A DNA stretch of 51,625 nucleotides from Scyliorhinus canicula (taxonomy: Eukaryota): the NCBI RefSeq assembly GCF_902713615.1, contig NW_024055437.1, positions 310,001 through 361,625 of the forward strand, given 5' to 3'. Shown here one piece after another: positions 1 to 12,419 of this stretch. Both the position numbers and the translations under genes were made by a program. How positions within the stretch are numbered: position 1 is the first letter of the stretch; every line of letters begins with the position of its first letter. The notes under the pieces were generated by a model. That model saw only the letters and a program-made list of their open reading frames with translations, ran no database searches and had not been told where the DNA came from.

Positions 1-253
1 TGATGCAAAGCGGTGGCAGAGATGGAAAGAAAAGGAAGCAAATCCTGCTCTCGGGATTTCAGTGTCTCATTGGACATCCTGCCCCATGTGTCCAAAGGTC
101 TGCGGCTCTGTTCAGTCACATGAAGACCCAGGGCAGAAACTCACAACCCTGAGTCAACATCACCCTCAAATCAGGGGACTGCTGATGACGAGGGACAGTG
201 TGCAGCTGGGGGTGATGTGTCGGGCAAGCTGGGTCTGCGAGGACTGCGTTTAC

Positions 254-568
254 TGTAGCAGTGAGAGACAGGCTTCCAACACTTGAAGAAATGCAACTCT
301 ATTTTATTGAACATAATTTAACTGTGGGTTGACACTATGCTGAGTTGACTGGAGACCTGAGGCTAACCTGACCAAACTATCTTACTACCACATGGTGGAT
401 GTTCTAGTTGTTGCTCACAGGCTCTGACTGTCTCAGAGGCTGCATCCCAAGAGAGCGGGAAAACTAGTGCCCTCTCGCTTTATCGTGGCTGTGTCCTGTC
501 AGGCTGCTGTGTTCTGTGTGTTCATTGGTCATCCTGTGTGTCAATCAATGCCTGTCTGTGCACCATCA
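254..568 (-). mobile_element. Probable solo LTR (Gypsy/ERV-type)
   Basis: TG...CA termini (minus strand TGATGG...CTACA), AATAAA on minus strand near 303, near-matching 5-bp flanks TTTAC/TATAC. Confidence 0.4.
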
Positions 569-1019
569 TATACTTGTGTGTATATTATGACAGGGGGCAT
601 GACCGGTCAGCCTGGATCAGGGAGCAGGAGGGGAGAATGTTGTAAATTTCTATCCTGGACTGACAGTGATTAATTTTGGAAACTCCTTTTATAGGGGATT
701 AGTAGGGGAGGATTTACACACAGCAAATTTAAACCAGGAGAAATGTTTATCTTTCCTGAATTACATTTCTGGACTGACGGTGATGCCTTTTTGTAAACTT
801 ATTTCACAGGGGCTTAGAAAGGGATTCGCAGACAGGAAACTCACAACCAATCCTCACATCAAATTCTGACAGCACCATTCGAGTTATCAGGACCTGGAGA
901 TTATCGACCTTTGTGTGTAAGCATTGAGTTACATATCATTATCACTCACTGTATAAAATGACTACCTCCTATCTCCCATGTAGATCTTGTTCACAATCTT
1001 AAATCTGTGTCCCTTTTAC

Positions 1020-2312
1020 TTTTTATTAAAATAATTTTTATTCAAGTTTTTCAATAACAAATTTTCTCCCCACAATTTAAAACAAACAAGGTGTGTTTCC
1101 ACACCAACACAAGAAAAGAACTCACCCCCCCCAAAATAAATAATAACAAAAAACCAACAGCAATACAAGAAAGAAGAAAATAGCAACATAGCAAACCCAC
1201 CGCTGCAAAAACAAACCCCCTAACCATCCCCACCCCCCCCCCCCCCCCCAAGTTGCTGCTGAGACCGACCACTCTCTACCCCTTCGCCAGGAAGTTGAGA
1301 AAGGGCTGCCACCGTCGAAAGAACCCCTGTACCGACCCCCTCAGGGCAAACTTCATCCTCTCCAACTTGATGAACCCAGCCATGTCGTTGACCCAGGCCT
1401 CCGAACTCAGGGGCCGCATATCCCTCCACTGTAAACAGAATCCTGCGCTGGGCTACTAGAGACGCAAAGGCCAGAATGCCGCCTCTCTCGTCTCCAGCAC
1501 TCCCGGCTCCGAAGCTACCCCAAAGATCGCGATCCCCCAGCCCGGCCTGACCCTAGACCCAACCACTTCCGACAAAGTCCCCGCCACCCCCTTCCAAAAC
1601 CACTCCAAGGCCGGACAAGCCCAGAACATATGGGTGTGGTTCGCAGGGCCTCCCGAACACCTCCCGCACCTGTCTTCCCCTCCGAAGAACTGGCTCATCC
1701 TTGCCCCTGTCATGTGAGCCCTATGCAGCACCATCAGCTGAATTAGGCTGAGCTGTGCGCAAGAGGAGGAGAAATTCACCCTCTCCAGGGCGTCCGACCA
1801 CGTTCCATCTTCAATCTCTTCCCCTAGCTCTTCCTCCCATTTCACTTTGAGCTCTTCTACTGAGGCCTCCTCCTCCTCCTGCACCAGCTGGTAAATAGCC
1901 GAGATCTTTCCTTCACCGACTCACGTCCCCGAAAGCACCCTGTCCTGCACCCCCCTTGGTGGCAGCCGCGGAACCTCCGCCACCTGCCTCTTAACAAATG
2001 CCCTGACCTGCAGATACCTAAAAGCGTTCCCAGGGGGGAGGTTCCACTACCCCACCAGCTCATCCAGAGTCGCGAACTTCCCATCCAGGAAGAGGTCCAC
2101 AAACTGCCTGATGCCTGCCCTGTGCCAACTCCCAAATCCCCCACACATTCTCCCCGGCGCAAAACGGTGATTACCCCGTATCGGGGCCCAAACTGAGGCC
2201 TTCACTTCCCCGCTATGCCGCCTCCACTGTCCCCAGATTTTAAGGGACACAACCACCACCGGACTCATAGAGTACTTTGCCGGGGGGAGTGGAAGTGGGG
2301 CTGTCACCAAAG
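1020..2312 (-). mobile_element. 5'-truncated L1/Tx1-type LINE, ORF2 C-terminus and 3' UTR
   Basis: ORF 1456-1884 has the L1 C-terminal CCHC motif (CGRC...HMFWACP); frameshifted upstream ORF2 pieces; AATAAA and A-rich tail near 1020-1040. Confidence 0.85.
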
Positions 2313-2460
2313 CCCTGTGTCCCTTTTACAATCTACTAATGGGAACAGGTTTTAAAAAATCTTTTGCTGGGTTTGCCATTGTTGTTTCTGGTGCCTGGGT
2401 CGATGCCGGGTGGTCCGTCTGGTTTCATTCCTTTTTCATGTTTTTGTTGTGGTTGAATCA

Positions 2461-2570
2461 GCTTGGACCAGTCCATTTAGGGTCCAGAACACAATTGAAG
2501 TCTCCTCCAAGAACCATTTGATCTGTATCTACGTCCGGCATGGATTGCAACAATTTTTTTTACAAATGTT
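2461..2570 (-). mobile_element. L1-type APE endonuclease fragment
   Basis: Minus-strand translation LLQSMPDVDTDQMVLGGDFNCVLDP; GGDFN at 2494-2508. Confidence 0.6.
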
Positions 2571-2879
2571 TCTGTGAGAACCCCTCATGGAAAAAAAAAG
2601 ATAGAGAAGCAGAATTAGGCCATTCAGCCCATTGAGTTTTTGAGTTTGCTCTGCCATTCGATCATGGCTGATATGTTTCTCATCCCCATTCATCTTGTAT
2701 TGTAGCTCTCTTGAAATGAGTGCGAACATTACATTTGCCTTTCTAGCTGCCAACTTTCCTTTGTGTTTTGGGATGTGGGTGTCGGGGGCTGAGCCGGTAT
2801 TTGTTGCCCATCCCTAATTGCCCTGGAACTGAGTGGCTTGCTGGGCCATTTCAGAGGGGGGCAGTTTGGGAGGATGGAA

Positions 2880-3485
2880 GGCTGAAGTGATTAAATGACA
2901 AAGGGGATAATGGTGCAAGACAAAACTGGGTGACAATGAGATAAGTAAATAATAAGAACAGAGAAGAAATAAAAGACAGGTCCAGGTGAGGTATAAATGG
3001 CAACAGCAGAACCATTACCAGCACCAACTGTCTAAAAATATCAGAGAGATGATTATAATCTGAAATTACTGAAATGAATGTTGTGTCTGGAAGGTCAGAA
3101 ATTGCCTGATCCAGAATGAGGTTCTGTTCCTCGAGTTTCCTTTGAGCTTTATTAATAATAACCTTTTATTGTCACAAGCATGAAGTTACTGTGAAAAGCC
3201 CCTAGTCGCCACATTCCGGCGCCTGTTTGGGGAACAGGGTTAATTGGAGCAATGCAGTAGGCTGTGGACAGAGTGGGAGTTGGGCAGGGAATTAAAATAT
3301 AAAATGATCAGAAGCTCAGGATTATGCTTGCAGACTGACTGGTGATGTTCCACAGTCACCCAATCCAGATTTAATCTCCTCAGTGTAGGGGAGACCAAAT
3401 CGGGAGCAGTGAATACACAATAGTGGATGGCAAGAAGTACAAGTAAATTACTGTCACCTGGAAAGTGTGTTTGGAATCCTGGAAT
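2880..3485 (-). mobile_element. Penelope-like element fragment (decayed GIY-YIG endonuclease end), interrupted by a SINE tail at about 3152-3232
   Basis: ORF 3240-3530 retains EHHQSVCKHNPEL...FNS, matching from recall the Penelope GIY-YIG pattern EHLRSV...PVA.HFN. Confidence 0.55.
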
Positions 3486-4009
3486 ATGGGAAGGAAGGCG
3501 ATGTGGTTGTTGCACCTGTTGTGTCTGCACAGAAATGGTTTACAGTGATGTTCATATGTTCATAAGAGCACAAGAAATGGAAGCGGGGGGGGGGGGGGGG
3601 GGGAGACCATATGGCTCATTGAGCCTCTGTAACCTGCTCGTTCAGGCATCATTCTGATATACTTCCCCGTATCTTCCCCAGTCCTTCCAGATCCATTTTA
3701 TGATATGAATACATTAGCTCAACAATCCTGTGAACTAATTTAGTCTGGCCCAGTGTCACCGAGCTGAAATCCAGTCTTTCTCTGACACATTATTCTTAAT
3801 GCCATAACTGACAGGTTATGAGTAAAAAAGTCAACTATTTAGCAGTAAGGGGAAGAGGCAAGTTTGTAGATGCTCTGCAGTGTTACAGACTCATTGGAAC
3901 TGCTTATTCTGTCTCATCTTACATTCAGCTGACAGTAAAATGACTAAAATGCTGCCACATACAGGCATTTGGGGACAACGGTGAGTTTGCTGCTCAGATT
4001 AGTTAAAGT

Positions 4010-4290
4010 CTCCATATTGTAAAATGGATCTAGAAGGACTGGAGAAGATGCAGGAAAAAATATTTGAATTATGCCTGAACTGGCAGGTTATGCCCAGCAA
4101 GAAAGATTGGACAGAGCATAACCTTTTCTCTGGAAAAGGGAATGAAGGATGACCTGATCCTGTAAGATTATGAAAAGGTTTGATATGATAGACAAGTGGA
4201 AGATGTTTCCACTGGATGAGAATAAATATGAGTTAGTCATTAATTAATCTAATGTGCAGTTCAGGAGCATTTCAGAGGGAGATCACTCAC
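4010..4290 (+). mobile_element. CR1-type LINE 3' fragment
   Basis: Recognisable decayed CR1 RT C-terminal sequence (KIMKRFDMID...MFPL). Confidence 0.55.
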
Positions 4291-4719
4291 ATACTTCACA
4301 TGTGCAAAGGGATTTCCTCAGTTTTCCCACTGGTTAAGACTCCAACTTTAAAAGCCCCAAACCATTTGATCCAATATCAGCACATTGTTATTGACGAGGG
4401 GCAGTTTAACTGTTCTGTCCAGGAAGACAAAAATCACTGTTCACCTGAACCTGCTCAGACCCCAACACGTTGACATCTCACTGTCCGTGTTTGGTCTGTT
4501 GTCAATCACACCCAGGACAGAACTGTAGTGGATGGGCCTGTACTATTTAGGTGCCCTATTAATTTATTTAATACATTTGTTACCTTGGCACAATGGTACC
4601 AATCTGAATCAGTTCGCAAAGCATAATTTCTATCAGCAATATCGATTTCAATGGCGGAGTTATTACCCATCATGCGTTGCGGCTGGGAATGTGCTCTATC
4701 CACATTACATAAGCTCCTT

Positions 4720-4910
4720 GCACATGCGCAGAGTCCAGCTATGACTGGAGCATGCGCCAATCGGGTTGTGACTGGAGCATGCGCAGTTCAGGTTGTTGCT
4801 GACGGTGCGAGGAGCGGGGAAGGAGCAATGGAGCGACTTTCAGGATTGGAGCCGGTGGGTGGCCGGGGAGCAATAGAAGCTGTGGAGTGAGCCGGGAGGC
4901 TTCATAAATA
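4720..4910 (+). promoter_or_regulatory. CpG-rich NRF1-type promoter of the zinc-finger gene
   Basis: Three (G)CATGCGC motifs (4720-4730, 4750-4757, 4777-4785), direct repeat TGACTGGAGCATGCGC x2, CCAAT 4757-4761, CATAAATA 4903-4910, local CpG enrichment. Confidence 0.6.
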
Positions 4911-5109
4911 CCCCGTGGAGGCTTCAACTCCCGAGTAAAATGTTAACAGTTCCGTCTTAAACAGCACCGAACAGAGTGAGAGCTGAGCGGTGACAGGCCC
5001 GGGTTACCGGCCACCATCTTTACAGAGTACAAGGTGCCGCAGGATGCATGCACTGCCAGTCTGGCCCGGATACCAACTCTCCCGGATTGACTGACTGGAT
5101 TCTCCAGGA

Positions 5110-5390
5110 TTTTATTTTAATCATTTGTGGGAGTCACTGGCTGGGCCAACATTTATTGCCCATCCCTAATTTCCCTTAAACCGAGTGGCTGGCTGGCCAT
5201 CTCAGAGGGCATTTAAAGAGTCAACCACATTGCTGTGGTTTGGAATCGTGTCGGCCAGACCAGGTAAGGATGGCAGATTTTCTTTTCTATTCATACACGG
5301 GATGTGGGTGACACTTGCTGGGCCAGCATTCACTGCCCAGCCCTAATTGCCCTTGAACTGAGTGCATCTCAGAGAGCATTTTAAGATGGA
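5110..5390 (-). mobile_element. Two partial DeuSINE (SacSINE1-like) 3' halves
   Basis: Reverse complement of the 15800-16170 element; tail motif ATTGCCCATCCCTAATT(G/T)CCC present twice. Confidence 0.65.
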
Positions 5391-5535
5391 TTGCCCATGA
5401 TAAATTGCCCTTCGTGACCAAAAAAGGTTATGACGGGTTATTGGGTTACAGGTATAGGGTGGAGGAGAGGACTTAAGTAGGTCAGTGCAGACTCGATGGG
5501 CCGAATGGCCTCCTTCTGCGCTGTATGTTCTATGT
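5390..5535 (+). mobile_element. HE1-type shark SINE, 3' part
   Basis: GATAAATTGCCC...GCAGACTCGATGGGCCGAATGGCCTCCTTCTG...TTCTATG tail. Confidence 0.75.
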
Positions 5536-5941
5536 GCCACCAGAAGAATTGTTACATTATCAATATTACTATTTGTGAAGCTCAAGATCTAATTTGCTTT
5601 ATCAACTACTGTCTTAATATGTCTTGTAGATATACAAAGTCCCTCTTCACCTCTTTCTCTTTCCTCTCAGAGAGGCCAGTTGGGTTTTTGTGACAATCCA
5701 GCAGTTTTCATGGTCACTTTTTCCCAGTGCCGGCCCCACAGCCGACCAGATTCATTCAGCTCAATTTCACAACCTGCCTTTGTGTTTTTGTAGGTTCTCT
5801 CTCACTCCCTATTTTCTGTTTTAAATGTTTCACAGGGTGTTCGAAGGGGAGGCTTCAAAGTCCGGAAACTCAAACCAAGCATCACATCAGGATCTGACAG
5901 ACCTCAATTTATCATATCCTGAATATCAACTTGCTTTTAAC

Positions 5942-6787
5942 ATGGAAGGAAAAAGCATTGTTCACAGTGGGGAGAAACCGTACACGTGTTGTGTGTGTGG
6001 ACGAGGGTTCACTCGATCATCAGGCCTCACAAGCCACAAATGCAGTCACACACAGGAGAAACCGTGGAAATGTGCGGACTGTGGGAAAGGATTCACTTCC
6101 CCATCCAATCTGGAAACTCATCAACGCAGTCACACTGGGGAGAGACCATTCACCTGCTCAGAGTGTGGGAAGGGATTCACTGAGTCATCTGCTCTGTCCA
6201 CACACCGGCGAGTTCATACTGGGGAGAGACCATTCACCTGCTCAGAATGTGGGATGGGATTTACTATTTCAGCCAACCTGCTGAGACACCAGCGAGTTCA
6301 CACTGGGGAGAGACCATTCACCTGCTCCAAGTGTGGAAAAGGATTCAGTGATTCATCCACCCTGCAGAAGCACCAGCGAGTTCACACTGGGGAGAGGCCA
6401 TTCACCTGCTCAGAATGTGGGAAGGGATTTACTATTTCAGCCCACCTCTTGAGTCACCAGCGACTTCACACTGGGGAGAGGCCGTTCCAATGTCCAGACT
6501 GTGGGAAGTGCTATAAAAGTTCTGGGGAACTGATGAGCCATCAACGGGTTCACACTGACGAGAGACCGTTCAGATGCTCTCACTGCGGGACTGGTTTCAG
6601 TCGATCATCTAACCTCGCTGTACATCAGCGAATTCACACTGGGGAGAAGCCATTCGCCTGTGCCAAGTGTGGGAAGGGATTCACTCAGCTATCCGCCCTG
6701 CAGAAGCACCAGCGAACCCACACTGGGGAGAGGCCATTTGCCTGCGCGATGTGTGGGAAGGGATTCACCTCTTCATCCACCTGCTGA
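5942..6787 (+). CDS. KRAB-less tandem C2H2 zinc-finger protein: 9 complete fingers plus a frameshifted 10th
   Basis: C-x2-C...H-x3-H fingers with TGERPF/TGEKPF linkers; splice acceptor TTTCACAG ends at 5835, so the track's 5825 start is intronic; first ATG in the exon at 5942. Confidence 0.9.
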   Translation: MEGKSIVHSGEKPYTCCVCGRGFTRSSGLTSHKCSHTQEKPWKCADCGKGFTSPSNLETHQRSHTGERPFTCSECGKGFTESSALSTHRRVHTGERPFTCSECGMGFTISANLLRHQRVHTGERPFTCSKCGKGFSDSSTLQKHQRVHTGERPFTCSECGKGFTISAHLLSHQRLHTGERPFQCPDCGKCYKSSGELMSHQRVHTDERPFRCSHCGTGFSRSSNLAVHQRIHTGEKPFACAKCGKGFTQLSALQKHQRTHTGERPFACAMCGKGFTSSSTC

Positions 6788-7189
6788 GACACCAACGAGG
6801 CCACAAATAACTACAGTGTTTGGATTTTGCTGTTCCTCACATTCAGGTCTGAACCATGTTCATTTGGGTCTCTTTGTGCTGATAAATTCTAGCCTATTTA
6901 CAGAGGCTAATATTCTGTGTAACAGTCAAATAAATTAGACTTGTGTTAAATACGTGGTGTGTTGAATCATTTTAATATCTCTGACACAAGTTAGTTCCTT
7001 TTGAAGTTCTCTCGCTCTCCCGTCTCTTCCATCCTCACCTCCAACAAGAAGTGTGAGGAGCTTGTGTGGCTTCTTCGTGACTGAGATTGAGTAAATCCGA
7101 TCAGCTGCCTCTGCTGCTTCCCTTCCTTCCACAAGCCCACCGGACCAAACTGTCTCAATGTCATCCTTTCCCGAGCCCGGAACCCACAT

Positions 7190-7550
7190 CTTTCTCTAGT
7201 TTCTCTCCCATCTCCCCTCTCAGAGCTCATCTTGTCCATGAGACCCAGCTCCTGCTCCATCGACCCTATTCCCACTGAGCTACTGATCAGCCAACTACCC
7301 TGTGTCCATGGGTATTGTCAACATTTCTCTTTCTTCAGGCACTGTCCCTCTGTCCTTCAAATCTGCCATCATCACCCCCTCCTCAATAAAACAAACCCTT
7401 GACCCTGCCATCCTTACAAATTACTGCCCCATCTTCAACCTCCCTCTCCTCTCCAAACTCTTTGAACATGTTGTCACCTCCCAAATCCTTGCCTGTCTTT
7501 CCCAGAACTCCCATGTTTGAATCCCTTCAATCAGGTCTCTGTCCTGTCAC
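7190..7550 (+). mobile_element. L2-type LINE reverse transcriptase fragment
   Basis: IVNISLSSGTVPLSFKSAIITP...LDPAILTNYCPIFNLPLLSKLFEHVV is the typical L2 RT N-terminal block. Confidence 0.8.
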
Positions 7551-7584
7551 AGTAGTAAAATACAAGAGACAAACATAATCTCAA

Positions 7585-8034
7585 TGAGAGTTTGGCTCAA
7601 GTTAGAATCAGATTTTGATGGGAAATGGAATGTCAAGTTTGTGCAATATGTGTACGTACCTTGTGAAATGAATTGCTTCTGTGTTCGGCTTGGGATGGCC
7701 TTATCGCGGCCTTGGCCGTCTGAGAGCCTGTGAACTGTCCGTGGGAACGAAACGCAGTAGTGGGATGAGTTACTCCTTCCTTGATAAAGAATTGCTATGC
7801 TATGCAACTAATGAGCTAACTGTGTGACTAATGATTGACAGAAATAATTATATGAAGGAGGGGTTTGGGGGGGTTTTGTAAAATATATAGTTAACTGTAA
7901 CTAAGAAAAAATTGTCTTCACTTGCTGTAACTCTGAAGTTACATTTGTGTAGCCCCACAGTAAATAAAAGGTTCTTTGAAGTCATCTGGTGTTCGACTGA
8001 TGATTACCTCCGGACTGAAAATTTAGAATTATCA
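7585..8034 (+). mobile_element. ERV 5' LTR (450 bp)
   Basis: TG...CA ends, TATA-like and AATAAA motifs, homologous to 15062-15565, followed by a PBS. Confidence 0.9.
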
Positions 8035-8036
8035 TA

Positions 8037-8056
8037 CGATGGCCCGTACGGGGATC
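8037..8056 (+). promoter_or_regulatory. Primer-binding site, tRNA-Ile type
   Basis: TGGCCCGTACGGGGATC (8040-8056) is complementary to the 3' end of vertebrate tRNA-Ile(AAT) as recalled; the initial TGG is altered to CGA. Confidence 0.75.
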
Positions 8057-8254
8057 TCTGGTGCGTCGACAGAAGCAGACAGTGTAAGCGGCAGATCGCC
8101 TCCGGACGCGTGGGGAAAATAGGGCCCCCAAATGTGAGTATTTTTATCACTTTGGTTTTTCCCCTTCGCTGTCCCGGTCGCGAGCCTGTCCTACTGCCTG
8201 CTGCTGGAGATGTCCCTACGATATTCAGGTCAGTCCGGCGAACCCCAGAATTTC

Positions 8255-8471
8255 AAAGAGCTTGGGTTAGAGTCCCTGAGGTTCGAGTCCTCTAAAGAGC
8301 TTGGGTTAGAGTCCCTGAGGTTAAAATCTCTAAAGAGCTTGGGTTAGAGTCCCTGAGGTTCGAGTCCTCTAAAGAGCTTGGGTTAGAGTCCCTGAGGTAA
8401 AATCCCTAAAGAGTTTGGGTTAGAGTCCCTGAGGTTAGAGTCCTCTAAAGAACAAGGGTTGGAGTCCCTAA
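8255..8471 (+). repeat. ERV leader tandem repeat, about 37-39 bp x about 5.5
   Basis: AAAGAGCTTGGGTTAGAGTCCCTGAGG followed alternately by TTCGAGTCCTCT or (T)TAAAATC(T/C)CT. Confidence 0.9.
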
Positions 8472-11400
8472 GAAATAGTTAAAGAGGTAAAGAGATATCG
8501 ATGCCAACATGATCCTTGTTATTACCTGAAACCTTCGCGATAAAAGGTTCCTATTAACTTTGTAAGGCGGGTGATGTAGAATCTTTACGGGCTATACGTC
8601 ACCTTCGAGCTGTTAATTGGCTTGTACAGAACGCGATTACTCCGTGATTTAAATTATAATCCCCTGCAGATGCGGATAACTCTGCTTAATAACACATAAA
8701 ACATGGCAAAAACGTTGCGGACCCTGGCATAAAACATACACGTAATTTCCTTAATTGAAAAACAGGGCAGGATAACCCTGTAATAAATTCAAAATTGGAT
8801 TAGTGATCTAGGATCACTATTAAATTGTAATCGGAAGGACCGTCTGGCATCAGACAAAGGGTACAATGGGTAATACTTTAGATACAACTTTTGAAAGTGG
8901 CAGCACACTGCAAACACTGTGAACAATATCCATCTGAGCAGTTGAGACAATTATGGGGGGTATTGCACAAAAATGTAGGAGAATGAAAAATTTGGAAATT
9001 TAAATAGAAAAATGGCCACTGGGGGGGGGGGGAACAGGAATAGTTAAAACAGCCAAGGTCTTGAAAACGGAATGCACATATGGGAAAAGAACCAAGTCAT
9101 TAGGCTATCCGCCTTGAATCTGTATATTAATCATGTGAGTTTAGGCTTAAGTGGGATAAGGTGCTGTCAGGGACTGTGGAGTCCCTAGATCTTGTCTCCC
9201 AGAATTCTGACATAAACTGCTTTTTTACTGATAATCAGGCCCGCGTGTGAATATTTTCACCCCTAACATTTGGTGTAGTCTGGAAGGATGTTGCTGAGCC
9301 GGACGCTGCTTGAGCCAGTGGACAAGGCGAGTAGTCAAACCTTTGACTGCGAAAAATGAGTCACTCGTCAAGGCAGACGGACGGTGAGATAACATCCAAC
9401 GAATCTGGTAACAAGGCTAAATGAGTAAAAGAGTCAGTTTAAAATTCCTCTTTTTTTTTGTTTTTTGAAAAGCAAAATATTCTGGTTAAAAAAAAACAAT
9501 GATCAAAAATGGGTGTGATCTCTGTGGAACAGAGAAAAATGGTGAGATACACAGGAGTGAGATAAGACAAATAAGCAGGAATCATCTTAGTTCACCGGTT
9601 AGAAGCACAAATGACTGAAATGAAGCCTTCACACCATTTGGAAAACAGGCTAGTTTAAAGGAATTGAGCTCTGACTCCTTTAAGCATAGCAATAAAGCGG
9701 GTAAAGATAGCGGCAGTACAGATTGTGCAAACTGGCAAGGACATCACAAAACTGCCAACAATTACGGCTAACGACTGTCCTGGAATGTCCCAAGGAGAAA
9801 AAAAAAATCAAATAAAGTAGAGTCCAAAAGATCAGAAAGGGGCTGAAACGCTCAATTAGTTTTTGTTCAGGAATATCCGAGGATGACAAATCCCCCTCCC
9901 AAAACAAAAAATGGGGAGTAAAGTCAATACAAGATTAAGGTTAGGAACTTAACAATGGATACTTGTCGAGAATAACTTCAGATTGTTTCAAGCCATCCAA
10001 ATAAATTCGGCAGTAATTCAATTAATTTGAAATAAAAGAAAAATAAACATCCAGTAATGTCTCTTTCCAAAAACCAGTTAAATAACGAACATTGAAAATT
10101 GAATTCAGTTTAAAGAACAAAAAAGAAATTTGAGTAACATTGAAGGAAAGGATAAATAGTCACGTAGCGGATGGAGATGGCATCATGTCAAATTCTCCAC
10201 CACTTTCGATTCTGTACAAAAGGTTAACCATTTCAGCAAGCAGGTCATCGGCACAAAGAAATATACGTCTCTAAGAATAGCTAATGCCTCTAAAATTAAT
10301 CAGTGGAAATTGATTTAAATGGAATAACACCGATAAAGTTTTCGAAGGAGAATAGAAGATTTTGTTCAGTATTTTAAATGAGCTATTGTGAAATTTCTGT
10401 CTCTTTACTCTGATATTTACGACCTTTGAGAATGTGTATGCTTGGTCTGTGAATGTTAATATCTCTCTGCTACGATTTATCTTCTGAGAAAGTAACCTTG
10501 GGTTTATAATCTGGAATTTTAAAATAGGCTCCAGAAGGATTTTTAACTAACTGTCGAAGCCAGGTATTTCTACCATAGATGATTTTGCCGCCATTTTAGA
10601 GAAAGAGAGAAAGAGATAGACAGAGAGAGAGAGAGAAAGAGTTTTAGGCATCTATACTTTGGTCTGAACTATTCACTGTCTCTGTATTCATATTTCATTT
10701 TCAGACCTTGACTTTTAAAAGTTATGTTTTGAGCTGTTTGTCTAAGGAGATAATTCCTGTGATATCTACGCAGTGCCTTTTAAATGACTTTCAAGTTGTA
10801 ATCAATAGAAGACAAATAATACAATTCTTATTTGCACCTGACAATTTTTAACATAAATTTCTACTGAGTTCCAATAACCGCAAGAGCAACTGGTAACCTT
10901 GAATTGATGGTTTCAAATCCCTCAACTGATACAGTCTAAAATCCTTCACTAACTTATTGTGGTGTGTCGTCTGACATTATGATTTAAAGATTTAGTTTGA
11001 GTACAGTTAACAATTTTTTCCTTTCAAAGACATTTCATTGACATTTCCCGGGTAATTTTGATACACAAGGAATTTTAATCAGGGTGCAAAATCACGTGTG
11101 TAAGAATAAGAAAATATTAGTTTTATGGTGTTCAGTGGAAGTTAGGATAGTTGAAATACATATGACAAGTTGCAATGCATTTGACATATGTCCAAGCCGG
11201 TGTTTCATTAGTTCAGGGTTAAAACTTCCCTGACACAAATACTTTGTAATCATCAGTGGGGTAAAACTAACCTGTCTCACAGCACAGATGTTTTAATTAT
11301 GAGATTGCAGAATTAAATATAAAGAACAGATGGGTAAATTAAATATGTCCATGATCATGTTTCTAATTTAAACAAAAGTAGGGTGATGACAACATGATGT

Positions 11401-11879
11401 CTGGGAAAGAATACAGTGCAAAATTGGTTCAGTCAGAGATTCAATAACATATTGTGTTTGATATTTTAAAATAATTGTTCAAATTTAGCTTGGAAATTAA
11501 AACTTCAGACAATGTGTGAAGCTGTTTTTTTTTAAAAAAGGAAAATCACACAACTCTGGTTGAAGCAAATCTATATTCCAAAAGACAGATCGTTCTCAGA
11601 CACCTGATAACAGGAACTTGGCAGCAATCCAACACTCCCGTGCTGGGTTTGCCTGTCCACACTCTGAGCTCTGGCCTTGTAATTCTGATAAAGTAATGAA
11701 AAGTCAAAACAGCTGAAGATGCATTTTAATTGGAACTTACAAATCTCAAGTTTGGCCCAGACAGGAAAAGTTTCATACGGACAACATCTAACACCTGGTG
11801 ACGACCAGGACACTTTTCCTTTAAATTTTTAGGTTAAACATTCAGGAAAGGCTGGCATGACAGCAGCACCAGTGGAAAC

Positions 11880-12363
11880 TTGTGATGACTCTTGAGATCT
11901 CAGAACAACTACAAGCTCTTCAAGGCGCTTGGATATCATTGACTTCACAACGTACACAGGATACTTGTAGCTATATGAACTATGGGGCTTTATATAATTT
12001 TATTGATGGGATATGCATCCCAGCAGTCAGAGACTGGACCAAGGATATAGCTTATTTTAATGCTCGACTACAGCTACATTCGGGGACAGACATCGGATGC
12101 GTAAACAACTTGTGTCTGCTCCTCACACGTTCCGGTATTGTTTATAATATGAATTAAATATGTACAGTGTTTTAAGTAAGGTTGTTATGAAGCAGGCTGC
12201 CAATGACAAGGGTGCCACTAGATTTTGAGGGCATGACGACCTACACAGAGTTAGAAGAGGTATAATCAATAATGTAGTGACTTGATTTAAGACAGAAACT
12301 TCTATGGTAAATTCGCTAGACATGCAAAGGTTGAATGCAAAGATAGAACAACTTAGATATTAA
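11880..12363 (+). pseudogene. env: env-like fragment (end of SU, furin site, start of TM)
   Basis: Translation ...HRVRR|GIINNVVT*FKTETSMVNSLDMQRLNAKIEQLR: R-x-R-R cleavage site followed by a fusion-peptide-like and heptad segment. Confidence 0.5.
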
Positions 12364-12419
12364 TGACAGAAAATGGCTGAACAAGCCACATTCCCTGTAA
12401 ACTGTCTTATGAGACCCGA

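Noticed and set aside
5825-5941. ORF-track start of the ZNF protein at 5825
   Set aside because: That ATG lies upstream of the splice acceptor ending at 5835; the region resembles the non-coding start of the exon in the 20388 paralogue
8255-8471. Telomere-like GGGTTAG
   Set aside because: Single 7-mer within a longer ERV leader unit, not (TTAGGG)n
9700-9790. Possible gag nucleocapsid zinc knuckle (DCANWQGHH...NDCP)
   Set aside because: Too decayed to establish frame or CCHC spacing; gag not annotated
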